Part shown: positions 47,459-63,444 of the stretch, piece by piece
Layout of the letters: each line of letters starts with the position of its first letter
Numbering within the stretch: the stretch's first letter is position 1
Assembly: GCA_000004695.1 (NCBI GenBank)
Contig: CM000154.2
Span: 96,001 to 160,000 of the forward strand
Reading direction: 5' to 3'
DNA from: Dictyostelium discoideum
Taxonomy: Eukaryota
DNA: 64,000 nt
Notes under the pieces: generated by a model
What the model was told of the DNA's origin: nothing
The model's database searches: none
Seen by the model: the letters and a program-made list of their open reading frames with translations, nothing else
Program-made: the position numbers and the translations under genes

Positions 47459-47484
47459 CATTACCATAAATATTTATGGTAATG
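47459..47484. promoter_or_regulatory. Perfect 26-bp palindrome CATTACCATAAATATTTATGGTAATG in the prmt5 upstream region
   Basis: It is self-complementary over all 26 nt and lies about 180-200 bp 5' of the prmt5 ATG (47280, minus strand), flanked by poly(A) tracts. It is a candidate dimeric transcription-factor site or hairpin. Confidence 0.4.
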
Positions 47485-47680
47485 GCACCCAGTCCAACTT
47501 TATTTGGTTTACAAATTTTTTTTTCTTTGTCATTTATTTTATTCTTTTAAAAAATTAAGTTAAATAAAAAATAATAAAAAAAAAAAAATAAAAAAAAGTT
47601 GAGGTAGTTTTACTGTTTAATAAATCCTTTTTTTTTTTTTTTTTTTTTTGAGTTACATATATATATTCTTTTTTTTTTTT

Positions 47681-48010
47681 TTAACAAGAGACTGAATGAT
47701 ATGGTAAAAGTGAAAAGATTGCACGTGGAGCAAAGTTTTGAGCTAATCTTGAAAAAATGGCAAATGCAAAGGCAGCAACAATTGCACCACCAAACATAGG
47801 CATACTTGATGATGTCATTGATGAACTTCCACTAGCTAAAAACAAAAATAAAAAAAATTATTGAATATTTTATTTTATTTCATTTTATTTAATTTAATTT
47901 TATTTAATTTTATTTTATTTAATTTTATTTTATTAATAAAACTTACCATATGTGAATGTTAAAAGACTAAGTAAAACTAATAAAGTGGCAAAGATGAAAT
48001 TTGATTGCAT
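47681..48010 (-). CDS. Small (72-aa) signal-peptide / hydrophobic-tail protein; 2 exons 47947-48010 and 47681-47835; not in the ORF track
   Basis: ATG(48010) MQSNFIFATLLVLLSLLTFTY is followed by a GTAAGT donor (phase 1). An ...ttttag acceptor leads into ASGSSSMTSSSMPMFGGAIVAAFAFAIFSRLAQNFAPRAIFSLLPYHSVSC*. The splice is in phase, the donor is canonical, and the signal peptide has an AxA-like cleavage site (TYA/SG). Confidence 0.5.
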
Positions 48011-48606
48011 TGTAATTGTTATAGTGTTTGATAAAATTTAAAAATAAAAATTTAAACTGTTTTTTTATAAAATTTAAAAAATGAAAAAAAAAAAAAAAAA
48101 AAAAAAAAATTTAAAAAATTTAATCCAGTCGTTTCAAGAAAAAATGGAGAAAGATAGATGATGTGGATTATTGTCCTTTAAAAAATATTTTCTTTGAATT
48201 GTCGAATAATTTTAAATAAAAATTTGTCATCAAAAAAAATAAAAAAAAAATAAAAAAAACAAAATAATTATTATCAATTATTTAAAAATATAATATTAAA
48301 ATATAACATTTTTTTTTTTTTTTTTTTTCAATCAAAATTATGATTTTCCGTTAACCAATCAATTTCATTCGAAATTTAATTATTTGGACAAATTGATTAA
48401 GTTGGCAATTACTTTAAATGTTTCAATATTTAATTTGGACTTTACTAAAATAAAAAAAAGATTCCACTTTCAAAAAAAAATTAAAAATTAAAAATTAAAA
48501 ATTAAAAATTAAAATAAAATATATATAATTAAAACAATACCCCTTTTAAATTATTTTTTCAAACAAAACCCACACACTAATTACAACAATAGATTCATCG
48601 AAAAAG

Positions 48607-48645
<39 letters not shown>

Positions 48646-48714
48646 AAATTTTTTTTTTATTTGAAGTCTCATTTTAATTTTTCAAATTATTTTTTTTTAT
48701 TTTTTTATTAAAAA

Positions 48715-50939
48715 ATGACAATAGTTAGATCAATAGCAAATTCACAAATAATTTCAACACTAAGTAATCATAGTAATAAATTAGTATTAAATACATTTTT
48801 ACCACTATGCTATGGTTATAAAAAAAATTATTATTACCAAAATGCTAAAAAGTACTATTCAACCACCAATACAAATACACAATTTGTGAATGAAGAGGTA
48901 CCTGTTATTTATCTATTTATTTAATAATAATTTTATTATTATTTATTAACTTTTTATTTTATTTTATTTTATTTCATCTTATAAAGTTTAATAAAGCTAG
49001 AAAAATGATTGCAAAAGATTTACATAAGAAAACATTAGCATCAATGGAGAAAGCATATGGTATAATGACAGAATATGATAGAACTACATATAATAAATCA
49101 CCATTAGCATCATCATTAGGATCATTTAAAGATAGTATTGATCAATTAAAGGATAACTCATTTTTATTGGTAGTTGTTGGAGAATTCAATAGTGGTAAAT
49201 CATCATTTTTAAATGCATTATTAGGTGATAGATATTTGAAAGAAGGTATAACACCAACAACTCATAGAATCAATAGAATTGAATTTGGTGAAACGATATC
49301 ACAACATACGATTCCATCAAGATTAAGCAATACAGAACATGAAATCATTCAATTACCAGTGGAATGGTTAAAAGAGTTTTCATTAGTAGATACACCAGGT
49401 ACAAACGCAGTGATTGAAGGTCATCAAGAGATCACTGAACATTTCATACCAAAGAGTGATTTAGTATTATTTGTAACTTCAATCGATCGTGCATTCAGTG
49501 AAAGTGAAAAAATATTCTTAGAAAAAGTTAAAAAATGGGGTAAAAAGATCGTAGTAATCATTTCAAAGACTGATCTCATTGAAAATAATCCACTCTCTTC
49601 GAATGCACAATCTGAATTAAATGAAGTCATTAATTTTGTAAAAGATAATTTTAAATCACAATTAAATGTTGAACCAATGATTTTCCCATTAAGTTCAAAA
49701 TTAGCATTAAAAGCAAAATTAGAATTATCTTCATCAATTAATAATTTAAATAATAATTTAAATAATAATAATAATTCATCAAATATAAATTATAATAATT
49801 TACTATCATCAACATCAGTTGAACCAAATAATATCAATAATAATAATAAATATACACAAAAGTTTTATCAAGAATTAGAAAATAATATTAATTGGAAAAA
49901 GAGTAAATTTTTAGATTTAGAGAAATATATTTTACAATCATTGGATAGTAATGAACGTGTGAAATTAAAATTATTAAATCCATTGGGTGTTGCAGATAAA
50001 TTGTATTCAGAATTTGATGAAGAATATCGTTCTCAACAAAGTGTTTTAGATTTTGATTTTGAAAATATTAATTTAGCCGTGGCACAAATTAATGAACATC
50101 AAATCGATTTGAATAAGGATTTACGTCACCAATTGGAAAGAATTGATACTATACTCTTGAGAATGGAGAATAGAGCCAATACATTTTTAGATAATGAAAT
50201 TCAGTTTAGTAATCTTTTGAAATTGTTAAGAGGTGAAGAAATTAGAAACCAATTTGAAAAACACGTTATCGATGGCACCAATCAAGAGATTGAACAATTG
50301 GTTAGAAATTTAGTTGATAACATTGTCGATAAGAATACGAAAAGATGGAAATCGATCATTGATTTAATCAATCAGAAATCATCAAATAAATCTCAAAAAG
50401 TGGTTGGTTTCATTAGAGACACTCATGACTCTAGTGATTTCTCTTCGAATAGACAACAAACTATAAATGATATGGGTGAAAGAACCACTAAAACTTTATC
50501 ATCCTATGATAGAGATAACGAATCTTTATTGGTTAGTCGAGATATTAAAAATGCAATCTATCAAGCGATTCTATTCGAAGCTGGTACCGTTGGTGTTGCA
50601 ACCATCCTTTCAACAGCATTCTTTGATTTAACTGGTGTTTTAGGTATTGGTGCTTTAGCCATCACTGGTTTAGCTTGGGTACCATTTAAAAAAGCTCAAT
50701 TAAAACGTTCCATCTCTTCAAAGATTACAAATCTTCGTCTTCAATTACATGATACCATTCAAGATCATATTGGTGAAGAAATTAGGATTAGTTCAAATAA
50801 AATTCAATTAGGTATTCAACCTTATATCGATTTTACAAATAATGAAAGTAAAAAAATTAATGATTTATCAATTAAATTAGGTGAATGTAAAGATGAAAGA
50901 CAAACTTTAATTTATGATATTGAAAAATATTTTAAATAA
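48715..50939 (+). CDS. Dynamin-superfamily (Dynamin_N / BDLP-mitofusin-like) large GTPase with a C-terminal TM hairpin; possible 5' presequence exon 48715-48897
   Basis: The G1 motif is VVGEFNSGKSSFLNALLG, G2 is ITPTTH, G3 is LVDTPGT and G4 is ISKTD. Coiled-coil regions follow. A hydrophobic hairpin AILFEAGTVGVATILSTAFFDLTGVLGIGALAITGLAWVPF sits near the C-terminus. The upstream ORF MTIVRSIANSQIISTLSNHSNKLV...KKYYSTT looks like a mitochondrial presequence. The proposed splice uses a non-canonical GTACCT donor and a ttataaag acceptor (phase 0), so it is low confidence. Confidence 0.65.
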
Positions 50940-51099
50940 ATAAATAATAAATAACAATAACAATAACAATAACAATAACAATAACAAAAACAATAACAAT
51001 AAATAAATATATATATATAATGTATAAATAAAATAATGAATAATTATTTATTTTTTTATTATTTTTTATTATTTATTTATTTATTAATTAATTTACTAT

Positions 51100-51337
51100 T
51101 TACATAAAATCATCATCATCAAAATCATCATAGTTTTGTAATTCATTTCCCATGTGAATCTTTTTTGGTGCAACCTTTGTTTTTGTTTTATTACCACCTT
51201 TACCAGATTTTTCATTCTTTAATTTTTCATTAATTAAAACTGTTAAAGTTTTTGAAATATCATTCATATCTGATGATGATACATTAACTAAAACTTTTTT
51301 CATTAATGATTTAAAGAAAGTAGCATAATGAATTGAT

Positions 51338-51368
<31 letters not shown>

Positions 51369-51856
51369 CAAAAAATAATAATTAGTACATATAATCATAA
51401 ATCTTTTTTTTTTAAAAAAAAAATTAATATATTAAATATTTAATATTTACATCATATTTTAATAAATAATCAGAAACGATTTGAGAATATTGTTCAAAAT
51501 CTTTTTCAGTTTTTGGAATAAAAGTTGAAATTGGTTCACCTGATGATGATTCTTTAACGGATAAACCAGAGAATAAATTTTTACTGTTTTCTAAATCAGA
51601 TGCTTCTTGTAATTCTTTCTTTCTTTTCTCTTCTAAATAAATATCAAAGTCACCTTGTGGTTCTTTTAATTCTTTTTCTTTTAATTCAATTGCTCTTTGC
51701 AATGCTTGTTTCTTTGTTAATTGTTTAACAACTGGTTTTGGTGGTTCTTTAATTTCTTCTTCAACTTTTTCTACTTCATCTTCTGATGATGCATCCCATG
51801 CATCAACTTCTTCAACTTCTCTATTTTCATTAATCCATTTATCTTTTTGAAGGTCA

Positions 51857-51890
<34 letters not shown>

Positions 51891-52019
51891 AATATTTATT
51901 AATAATCAAATCTTTTTTTTTTTTTTAAAAAGAAATAATAAATAATAATAAAAAAAAAAAAAAAAAATAGAAAAAAAAAAAAAAAACTATTTTTGTCATA
52001 ACTTACTCCAATCTGACAT
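51100..52019 (-). CDS. eif3J: Translation initiation factor eIF3 subunit J; 3 exons (~52007-52019, ~51451-51857 and 51100-51339)
   Basis: A 13-nt first exon ATGTCAGATTGGA is followed by a GTAAGT donor. An aaag acceptor gives MSDW-SDLQKDKWINENREVEEVDAWDASSEDE... (acidic W-rich N-terminus). A GTAAAT donor follows ...LLKYD. A poly-A...aag acceptor leads into SSIHYATFFKSLMKKVLVNV...KVAPKKIHMGNELQNYDDFDDDDFM*, which matches the eIF3j C-terminal ...DYEDFM motif. The track ORFs contain poly-K from intronic poly-A. Confidence 0.75.
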
Positions 52020-52114
52020 TTTCTATACGTTTTATTTCTATTTAAAAAAAAAAATTAATCAAAATTAAAGTTTTTTTTTTTTTTTTTTTTTTATAAAAAA
52101 CGATAAAAAAAAAC

Positions 52115-52152
<38 letters not shown>

Positions 52153-52218
52153 AATAAATTTTTTTTTTTATGCCAAAAGTTTTAAAACCAAAACACTCAA
52201 AACATATAAAACTTCAGA

Positions 52219-52494
52219 ATGAATAATAAAATTTTTGTCTCCCAATTACCATGGTCCGTTTGCAGAGAAGCACTCAAACAACATTTTTCAAAATATGGTT
52301 CAATCAATCATTCCTATGTTGTAGTCGATAAAGTTACTAAACGTTCAAGAGGTTTTGGTTTTGTCACTTTCGATCAATCAGACTCCGTTCAAAAGGCCAT
52401 GGAAGCTGAAAATGAAATGGGTGGTAGAAAATTAGTTGTCTCCTTTGCTCAAGAGAAAACCGAAAATAATCAACAAAAACCAACAGACAATTAA
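52219..52494 (+). CDS. Small single-RRM RNA-binding protein (91 aa)
   Basis: RNP2 is IFVSQL and RNP1 is SRGFGFVTF. The C-terminus is short. Confidence 0.75.
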   Translation: MNNKIFVSQLPWSVCREALKQHFSKYGSINHSYVVVDKVTKRSRGFGFVTFDQSDSVQKAMEAENEMGGRKLVVSFAQEKTENNQQKPTDN

Positions 52495-52728
52495 AAAAAT
52501 AAAAAAAAAAGGAAAAATAAAAAATAATTTTAAAAAAAGCACCAAATATTTAAACTTTTTTTTTTTTTTATTATTTTTTTTTTAGTAAAATACCTTGAAA
52601 TTCCAAAAAAAAAAAATTTTAAATTTAATTTATAGACATAGCATCATTTATCATATCATAAATTAAATTCCCAAAAAAAAAAAAAAAAAAAAAAATCTTA
52701 TTTTAGTACTTTTTATTTTTTTTTAAAT

Positions 52729-53720
52729 TTAGTTAAAAATGAAATAACCAATGAAACCTGATAAAATACTTGTACAAAGACAAGATAAGAAATTGACTTG
52801 ATGATTATCTAAAATATTTGCGCCACTGATATGTTTGGTTTTTTCATTTGGTAATAATTTATCAACATTATTTATAACCACTTTTCTATCGATTGAAAAC
52901 AATGAGAGTTGTAATGTTGAACCCATTAATGAATCAATTAATGATCCTAATAAACCAGAGATAGTTGATAATAACAATATTGATATTATTTGTTGTTGTT
53001 GATGATAGAATGGTAAATTGAAAAAGTAACTTGATATATAAAACATTAAACCAATGAAAAAACCACCTGCAATACTCGCACCAATACCTAAAGGACTAAG
53101 TCCACCATTTGTACCTTTTGGTACTTTTTTAAAAGTTGTTATTAAAATTGGTTCACCCTTGCTTAGTATACCCAATTCACTTGCCCATGTATCGCCATTA
53201 CAACATGAATAATGTCTATTTTTATTTTTATTTTTATTTTTATTAAAAATTAATATTTTATTATTATTATAGTTTTTTATTTTATTTTTTTTTTATTTTT
53301 TTTTTATTTATTTATTTACCCTATAAAACAACATATAATAAAACTTGAAAAGAAGTCATTATTAAAATTAATTAAAGTATTTGAACTTTTTGAAAAGAAA
53401 TAAAAGATAGCAGCAAAAATTGTACCAGGTAAACTATTGGATAATACTTGTATATAATTTCTTTGACCACCTGCTGTATGACCATCTTCTATAGTTTTCT
53501 TTATTGATGATTTATATTTTGTAAGATAAGAAGATGAAAAATAAAATGATAATAATAAAGTTGCAAATGTTGATCCAAATATACAAGTTGATACACCAGT
53601 TAGCCATGCTGTTATTGTTCCTGATTGATTCAATGATTTCTTTCTATATCCATGAATTGCAAATAAAGTCACTATACCAATAATAGTTGGTAATTTATTC
53701 ATTAGTTCATTAGAACTCAT
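52729..53720 (-). CDS. TMEM19 / DUF92-family multi-pass membrane protein; 2 exons 53320-53720 and 52729-53215
   Basis: A GTAAAT donor follows ...FIICCFIG (phase 2). An aaaatag acceptor precedes HYSCCNGDTWASELGILSKGEPILITTFKKVPKGTNGGLSPLGIGASIAGGFFIG.... DUF92 motifs DTWASELG and GT.GG.S..G are present. Confidence 0.75.
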
Positions 53721-54254
53721 TCTTTTATTTTTATTTTTTTATTTATTTATTTATCTGTTTATTTATTTATTTAATTATTTATTATTTTTTTTTTTTTTTT
53801 GAGAATAGAAAAAATAAAAAAATAAAAAAAAGTTTTTTTTATAAAATTAATTAAAAAAATAAAAAAATAAAAAAAAAAAATAAAATTTTCAAATATTTTA
53901 AAATCTTAAAACCAAAAAAGATATATCTTTTGATTGGGGTGGGGGTCATAGTTGCCATTTGTTTTTTTATTTTTTTTATTAAGAATTAATTAATTTTTGT
54001 AAAAAATGGTTTATTTTTAAAATTTTTTAAAAAAATAAAAAACATTTGGAAAACCTCTCTGTTTAATCTTCATCTAATTATTTTAATTTGTTTTTTTTTT
54101 TTTTTTTTTTTGATAATTTACTTCATTTGATAAAGATTCGATATTTTAATATAAAATTTATTTATAACTAATTTTTGATTTTATTTTTTTTTTTTTTTTT
54201 AATTTTTAATTTCATTTTTTTTTTTTTTTTTTTTTTTTTTTCATTTTTTATTTT

Positions 54255-54287
<33 letters not shown>

Positions 54288-54446
54288 TGTGAATTATTAT
54301 TATTCATTGTTATACAGATAACAAAAGTTAAATAATATATAATATATATTATTAAAATAAAACCGAAAAATATATGTAAATTAAATAAAAACATACCAAC
54401 TTGTACAGATTTCATCTTTTAAACATAAATATTAATATAATATAAA

Positions 54447-57588
<3,142 letters not shown>

Positions 57589-58136
57589 ATAAAAAAAAAA
57601 TAAAAATAAAAATAAAAAATAAAATTAAAAAAATAATAAAATAAATTTTTAAAATCAGATAATATAAAAGTAATAGATTTAACAACAACAACAACAATAA
57701 CAACCACAACAAAAACAAAAATAAAATAAAAAATTCATTTTTTTTTTTTTTTTTTATAATTTTGAAAGAATATTAATATTAGATTATATTTTTTTTAAAA
57801 TAAAAAATTAAATCATATAAATTTTTATTTTTTTATAATTAAAATTAAATCAAATCGAAAAAATGTAAATTTAATGAACACACAAAAAAACACACTAACA
57901 TACACACACTCGATCCCAAAAAATACAAAAACACTAAAAAGTGTTTATTTTTATTATTATTTATTTATTTAAAAATAATTTGTGTAGTTTTAATTTTTTT
58001 TTTTTTTTATTTTTTTTTTTTTTAATTTAGATTATTTTAAATAATTTTTTTTATTTAAATACAAATATTAACAATTATAAATTAACCATATTAATTGAAT
58101 AACAAAATTAAAAAAATTCGAGATATTTTTTATTTA

Positions 58137-58167
<31 letters not shown>

Positions 58168-58224
58168 AAGATTAAAAAAAAAATTAAAATATAAAACTAT
58201 ATATCAATTACATTTTTAAAAAAA

Positions 58225-58823
58225 ATGAATTATAAAATATCAACTATTTTAATTTATCTAATTTTATATATAAATAAAAGTATACTTTCTTTTTCCAGAT
58301 TAAAATAATATTTTTTTTTTCTTTTTTTTTTTTTTCTCTAAACATAATTTTTTTTTATTTTTTTTTTTTTATTTTCCTTTTAGATTATGGACATAAAAAA
58401 ATAGAAGTGTTTATATCACCACATGAATATATAATAAAGAATGAAGAAGGATCAAATGTTCCAATAGTGTTATCACCAATTTGTAATATTTCATATTATC
58501 CAATTTTATTAATGGGTAAAAACTTATTAAAATCAAATAATAATAATATAAATAATAATAAAAATTCAATTTATATTGGAAAGATACCATGTACAGATGT
58601 TATTCAATTTAAAAATGATAGTAGTATACTTGAATACTATGGTGATATAAATAACGATTTAGATAGTTTTGATAATTATTCACTCGATAAACAATATATA
58701 AATATTTTATTAAATTATACAAACAAACATTCAGATATTGAAATATTGAAATGTAATTTACAAACTAAATTTATATCACCTCCTGATCTTTTAGAACAAG
58801 ATATCTATATTGCTATAAACAAC

Positions 58824-58866
<43 letters not shown>

Positions 58867-59045
58867 GTAATAATGAAGATATGCATGAATCACAAAATTA
58901 TATTCTTTATAAAGGAGTATCAAAATATCAAAGTAACACAGATATTTGTAATAGTCATAGTCAATGTTTATTAACTATTTGTTTATGTGACTCATTTTCT
59001 TTGGATGGTCCATTGTGTAATCTTAAAACTGATAATAGTGATAAT

Positions 59046-59125
<80 letters not shown>

Positions 59126-60434
59126 TAGTAAAAGAAAATTTTTAAAAGAAAATAATTATAAAATAAATAAGAAACAACCATTGTATAATCAAAAATTACC
59201 AGAAATAATTTATTCAAATTCAAATAGTAGTTGGACAATAAGATTTACAGAGATTAGAATAGCTGGTGTAGATAATAGAGATATTAAATCAATTTATTAT
59301 AACCAATTCATTCAATTCTTTCATCATGATTGGTCAATTAAAAAACTTTATAAATTAAATGATAATAATTATTATGAAAAAGATAATTCTAGTGACAGTA
59401 ATATTAATGAAGAAGAGTCAGAAGAAGAAGAAGAAGATAATAATAATAATAATGATGATGATGATGATCAAGTTTATAGATATAAATTAATAACATCAGA
59501 TATTAGTATAAATATCGAAGTTTATACTATTAATAATAATAATTCAAATATTTTATTAAATGATAGATTTAAATATTATAAAATTGGTGATATTTTAATA
59601 TCAATAACATTATCAAATGTTTCAACACCATTAAAAACTGGTTATAGATTTAAAATGGTATTTGAAGTTCAAACTAATATTCAACAAAAACCAATTTGTG
59701 GTATCAATAGTGATCTTGATCCATTCGAATTTGAATATGGTAAAAATTTCAATGGTGATCTTAAATGGCTTTCAACTACAAGTAATTTCTCAACATTATA
59801 TACAAGATTTAATGTTGATAATTTAAATAATAAAAATAATAATAATAATAATAATAATAATAAACTACAATATTATAATGAAATAGATAATGGTGTATCA
59901 TTTGATATTATTAAAGATCCATATAATCAAATTAAGGGTAATTCAGAAGTTTTCATTTTTTTTGAACCTTTTAATGATAGTATTACAATTTATTCAGATT
60001 TTAAAATTTTAGGATTTATTGAATTTCCAAATATTTCTCATCATCCATGTAAAGAAGTTTTACCAATTGCTGATGCTACTGTTTATTTAATACCAACAAT
60101 TATTCCTGTAATATCACTAGCTTTAATTTGTTTAGTTAGTGTTGTTGTTAATTTAGTTAAAACTAATAATGCTTCACTACAGTTTAATAGGTTTGGTAGT
60201 AATTTTAAATCAATAGATGATACTGATAATAATTCAAATAATATTTCAAATAATAATAATAATTCAAATAGTAATAATTCAAATAATAAATATAATAATA
60301 ATAAATTAAAAAGTTATAATGAACCACTTTTTAAAACCAATTTCCAAGATATAGATGAATATTTTAATACAAGTATTAGTAATATACATTCAATTGGTTG
60401 TAATGGTGCTTTAACTGATGAGAATTTTATTTAA
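58225..60434 (+). CDS. Asn-rich type-I membrane protein (signal peptide, large N-rich ectodomain, single C-terminal TM); exons 58225-58279 and 58384-60434
   Basis: The signal-peptide exon ATG MNYKISTILIYLILYINK is followed by a GTATAC donor (phase 1). A ttttag acceptor leads into (N)YGHKKIEVFISPHEYIIKNEEG..., in frame with track ORF 58407. The TM is LIPTIIPVISLALICLVSVVVNLV. Multiple (AAT)n tracts encode poly-N. Confidence 0.5.
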
Positions 60435-60868
60435 CAAGGTTAAATCTTAAACATATGGAATTTAAAAAAATAAATATAATCATTCATTCATTTACCAATA
60501 AAATAAAATTTAATCGATATTTGTTTTAGAAAATTGGGTTGTATTTTCATCTTTTTTTTTTTTTTTTTTTTTTTTTTTTCTATTAAATAATATTATTGAA
60601 AGAAGGAAATCAAAATTTCACAAATTTTTCCTATTCATATTTTAAAATATAATAATCAAAAGAATTTATTTTAACTTTCAAAAGCAAATAAAAATACCTA
60701 TAGGGATTTATTTATTATTCCAATTAAAAAAAAATGTTAAAAAAAAAAAAAAAATAATTATTTAAATAAAAAAAAAAATTATATAAAAAAATAGGATTTA
60801 AATTTGGGGTGTTTTTTATAACACTGTTATAATTTATTAAAAAATTTCCAAAAAAAATTTTTAATTTT

Positions 60869-60918
<50 letters not shown>

Positions 60919-61066
60919 ACACACTACCGAAGCAAAAAAACAAATTAATAATATAAATATATAAATAGAGTTTTATTAATGATGAGATAATTAATTATAA
61001 AAAGCTTTATAAAAAAATAAAAACAACAAGAAAAATATAAAATACTTATAAATAAAAATAAAAAAA

Positions 61067-61192
61067 ATGAATAGTTTAAAATTTAAACTAACATTTTATA
61101 CACTTTTTGGATTAATTTGGTCATTATTAGTTTTTTTCTTTTTATGTAAGAATTTTATTATTAAAAAACAAAACAAAAAAAAATACATTTCC

Positions 61193-61227
<35 letters not shown>

Positions 61228-62037
61228 TTTTTTAACCCAAATAAATAAAATAGCACCATGGTATGAAGAAACATTAAAAAAAGATATATTTGAATTAAAA
61301 CAATATAAATTTAGTAATTTTTTAATTTTATATGATAAAATAGAATATAATAAATTTGATTATGTTGATGGAGCAGAAACTTATTTTAGAGATGCATTTG
61401 GTTTTGAAACTAAAACGTTAGAAGGGATTATGACATCGATTAAAGTATTATCAACATTAGCTTTTCTCAGTACAACATTTTTAATTTATTTTACAATTAT
61501 ATTCTATGTTCATATAAAATTTATATTCGATACAGAGAATCATAGAAGATTAGGTAAAAAAGTATGGTGTTATGTTTTAATTGGTTCACCATTAGTTTCT
61601 TTCTTTTTATCATTTATTACTCTATTCTTAATAATTGGTATACCAAGTGCTGTTAGAAATGTAAATTATAAAAAAATTTATTACATATTTATAATTATAG
61701 TATAATTTCATTTCTTCATTTTACTAATTTTATTAAATATTAATTTTATTTTTTATTTTTTTTTTTGAAAAAAAAAAAAAAAAAGGATTGTTATAAAGAA
61801 TATGGTAAAAAATTTTGTAATTCACAACTTAGATATCATACATCATTTATTGGAGAGAATCAAGTTTGGTTATGGGGACCATCAAGAGGTTGGATAATAT
61901 TAATGGTTGATACAATTTTAACATTTTTTGCAACAATTTATTGTTGGAGAAATGCTCATAAATTTGATGAAGTTAAAATGAAAAAAAAGAAAAAAAATTA
62001 CTTGAATAATAATAATAATAAAAATAACATATTATAA
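61067..62037 (+). CDS. Multi-pass membrane protein of unknown family, probably 3 exons (61067-61145, 61254-61699 and ~61786-62037)
   Basis: MNSLKFKLTFYTLFGLIWSLLVFFFL is followed by a GTAAGA donor and an aaaatag acceptor, then SPWYEETLKK...VWCYVLIGSPLVSFFLSFITLFLIIGIPSAVRNVNYKKIYYIFIII. A GTATAA donor and a poly-A...aag acceptor lead into DCYKEYGKKFCNSQLRYHTSFIGENQVWLWGPSRGWIILMVDTILTFFATIYCWRNAHKFDE. Phases are consistent. The donors are AT-rich variants. Confidence 0.35.
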
Positions 62038-62258
62038 TTATATAATAATAATAATTAATAATAATAATAAAGGTTCGATCAAAATGTACCACTATAGAGA
62101 TTTTAATTTAAAATAAAATTTTATTTTTCTTTCTTTTATTATTACTATATGTATTAATACTTTTTATCATGATATTGTTAAGTAATAAAGGAAAAAAAAA
62201 AAAAAAATTATTATTATTATTATTTTTATTATTTTTATTATTATTATTATTATTATTA

Positions 62259-63262
62259 TTAAGCACCATATTTTGGTACTTTACCTAATTTGAAAGCTAA
62301 TTCTCTAAAATGTTGAAATAATAAAATTTTACCATTTGATCCATTAATAAATTCAGATTCACAAAATGATTTAGTATTATCTTTTCTTGTAAAAATTGAA
62401 TTATAATGAATTGTGAATAATGGAGATGTTAATCTAAATAAATAAATTAATTAAATAATCATATTAGTAATTATATATATATATATATATTTAAATAATT
62501 ATTAATTAATTTACCTTGGATCATATGGTAAACTATTTGAGAGTGTATAACTTTGTTTTGGTAAATTAAACCAATTTGGTATGTTTGTAGATTGTTGTTG
62601 TTGTTGAGCAGTTAATGGTATTTCTATATTTGTTTGACTATAACCAATTACAATATTAATATAATAATTTTTATTATTATTACCATCATTTTGATTTTTT
62701 TTTAATAAATTTGATAAAATTAAATCAATATTAAATAATGTTTTTCTTCTCTCTTCTAATGAATTATTAATAGTTTGATAATGAATCATTATTAATTGTT
62801 CATTTGATTCAGAAATTGTATCTAATAATTCTTGATTTGTTTGTTTTTGAGTATCTAATTTTACACTATCACTAAATATACATAATTCTTTTTCTATATT
62901 ACTTATTAATTTAATCTTTAAATCCATATATCTATATAAAAACATAAAAATTATGTATTAGTGTGTGTGTATTATTATTATTATTATTTTAAATTATATT
63001 ATTTCTAATAATATTACTTCTCTTTGAAAGATTGTTCCGTTAATTTTTCATCATGTTTAAAACCTAATAATTCTTGAAATTCTCCAAATGTATCTTTATT
63101 GGTTGTTGTATCTTTTTGAGAATATAAAAGTTGACCAACACAACCATCATTAACTATTGAATTTAATGTATTTAATTCCAAATCTTTATATAATTCTTTT
63201 TCTTCAAATTCTTTATCAAAGACTCCATCAATCCAAATTAGTATGCTTTGTAAGTTGTTCAT
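62259..63262 (-). CDS. Conserved-hypothetical protein of ~278 aa, 3 exons (63018-63262, 62515-62931 and 62259-62433)
   Basis: Exon A is MNNLQSILIWIDGVFDKEFEEK...TEQSFKE, ending at a GTAATA donor (phase 2). A tatag acceptor leads into exon B KYMDLKIKLISNIEKELCIFSDSV...LPYDP, ending at a GTAAAT donor (phase 2). A tttatttag acceptor leads into exon C RLTSPLFTIHYNSIFTRKDNTKSFCESEFINGSNGKILLFQHFRELAFKLGKVPKYGA*. All junctions are phase-compatible. Confidence 0.45.
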
Positions 63263-63444
63263 TGTATTGTGTTGTTGTAAAAGTGAAATTTTAAAAAAAA
63301 AAAATAAAAAAAATGAAAAATGGAGTCAAAAAAAAAAAAAAAAAAAAACATGAAAATAAGAATCCATCTGGATTTTAAAAAAAAGTTTATTAAATTAAAA
63401 AAAAAAAAAATTTCTTTACATATACATATTTAAAATTCTTTATT

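Noticed and set aside
47310-47558. [16 protein letters not shown]...
   Set aside because: It is a poly(A)/poly(AAG) tract translation in the prmt5 upstream region, with no coding signal.
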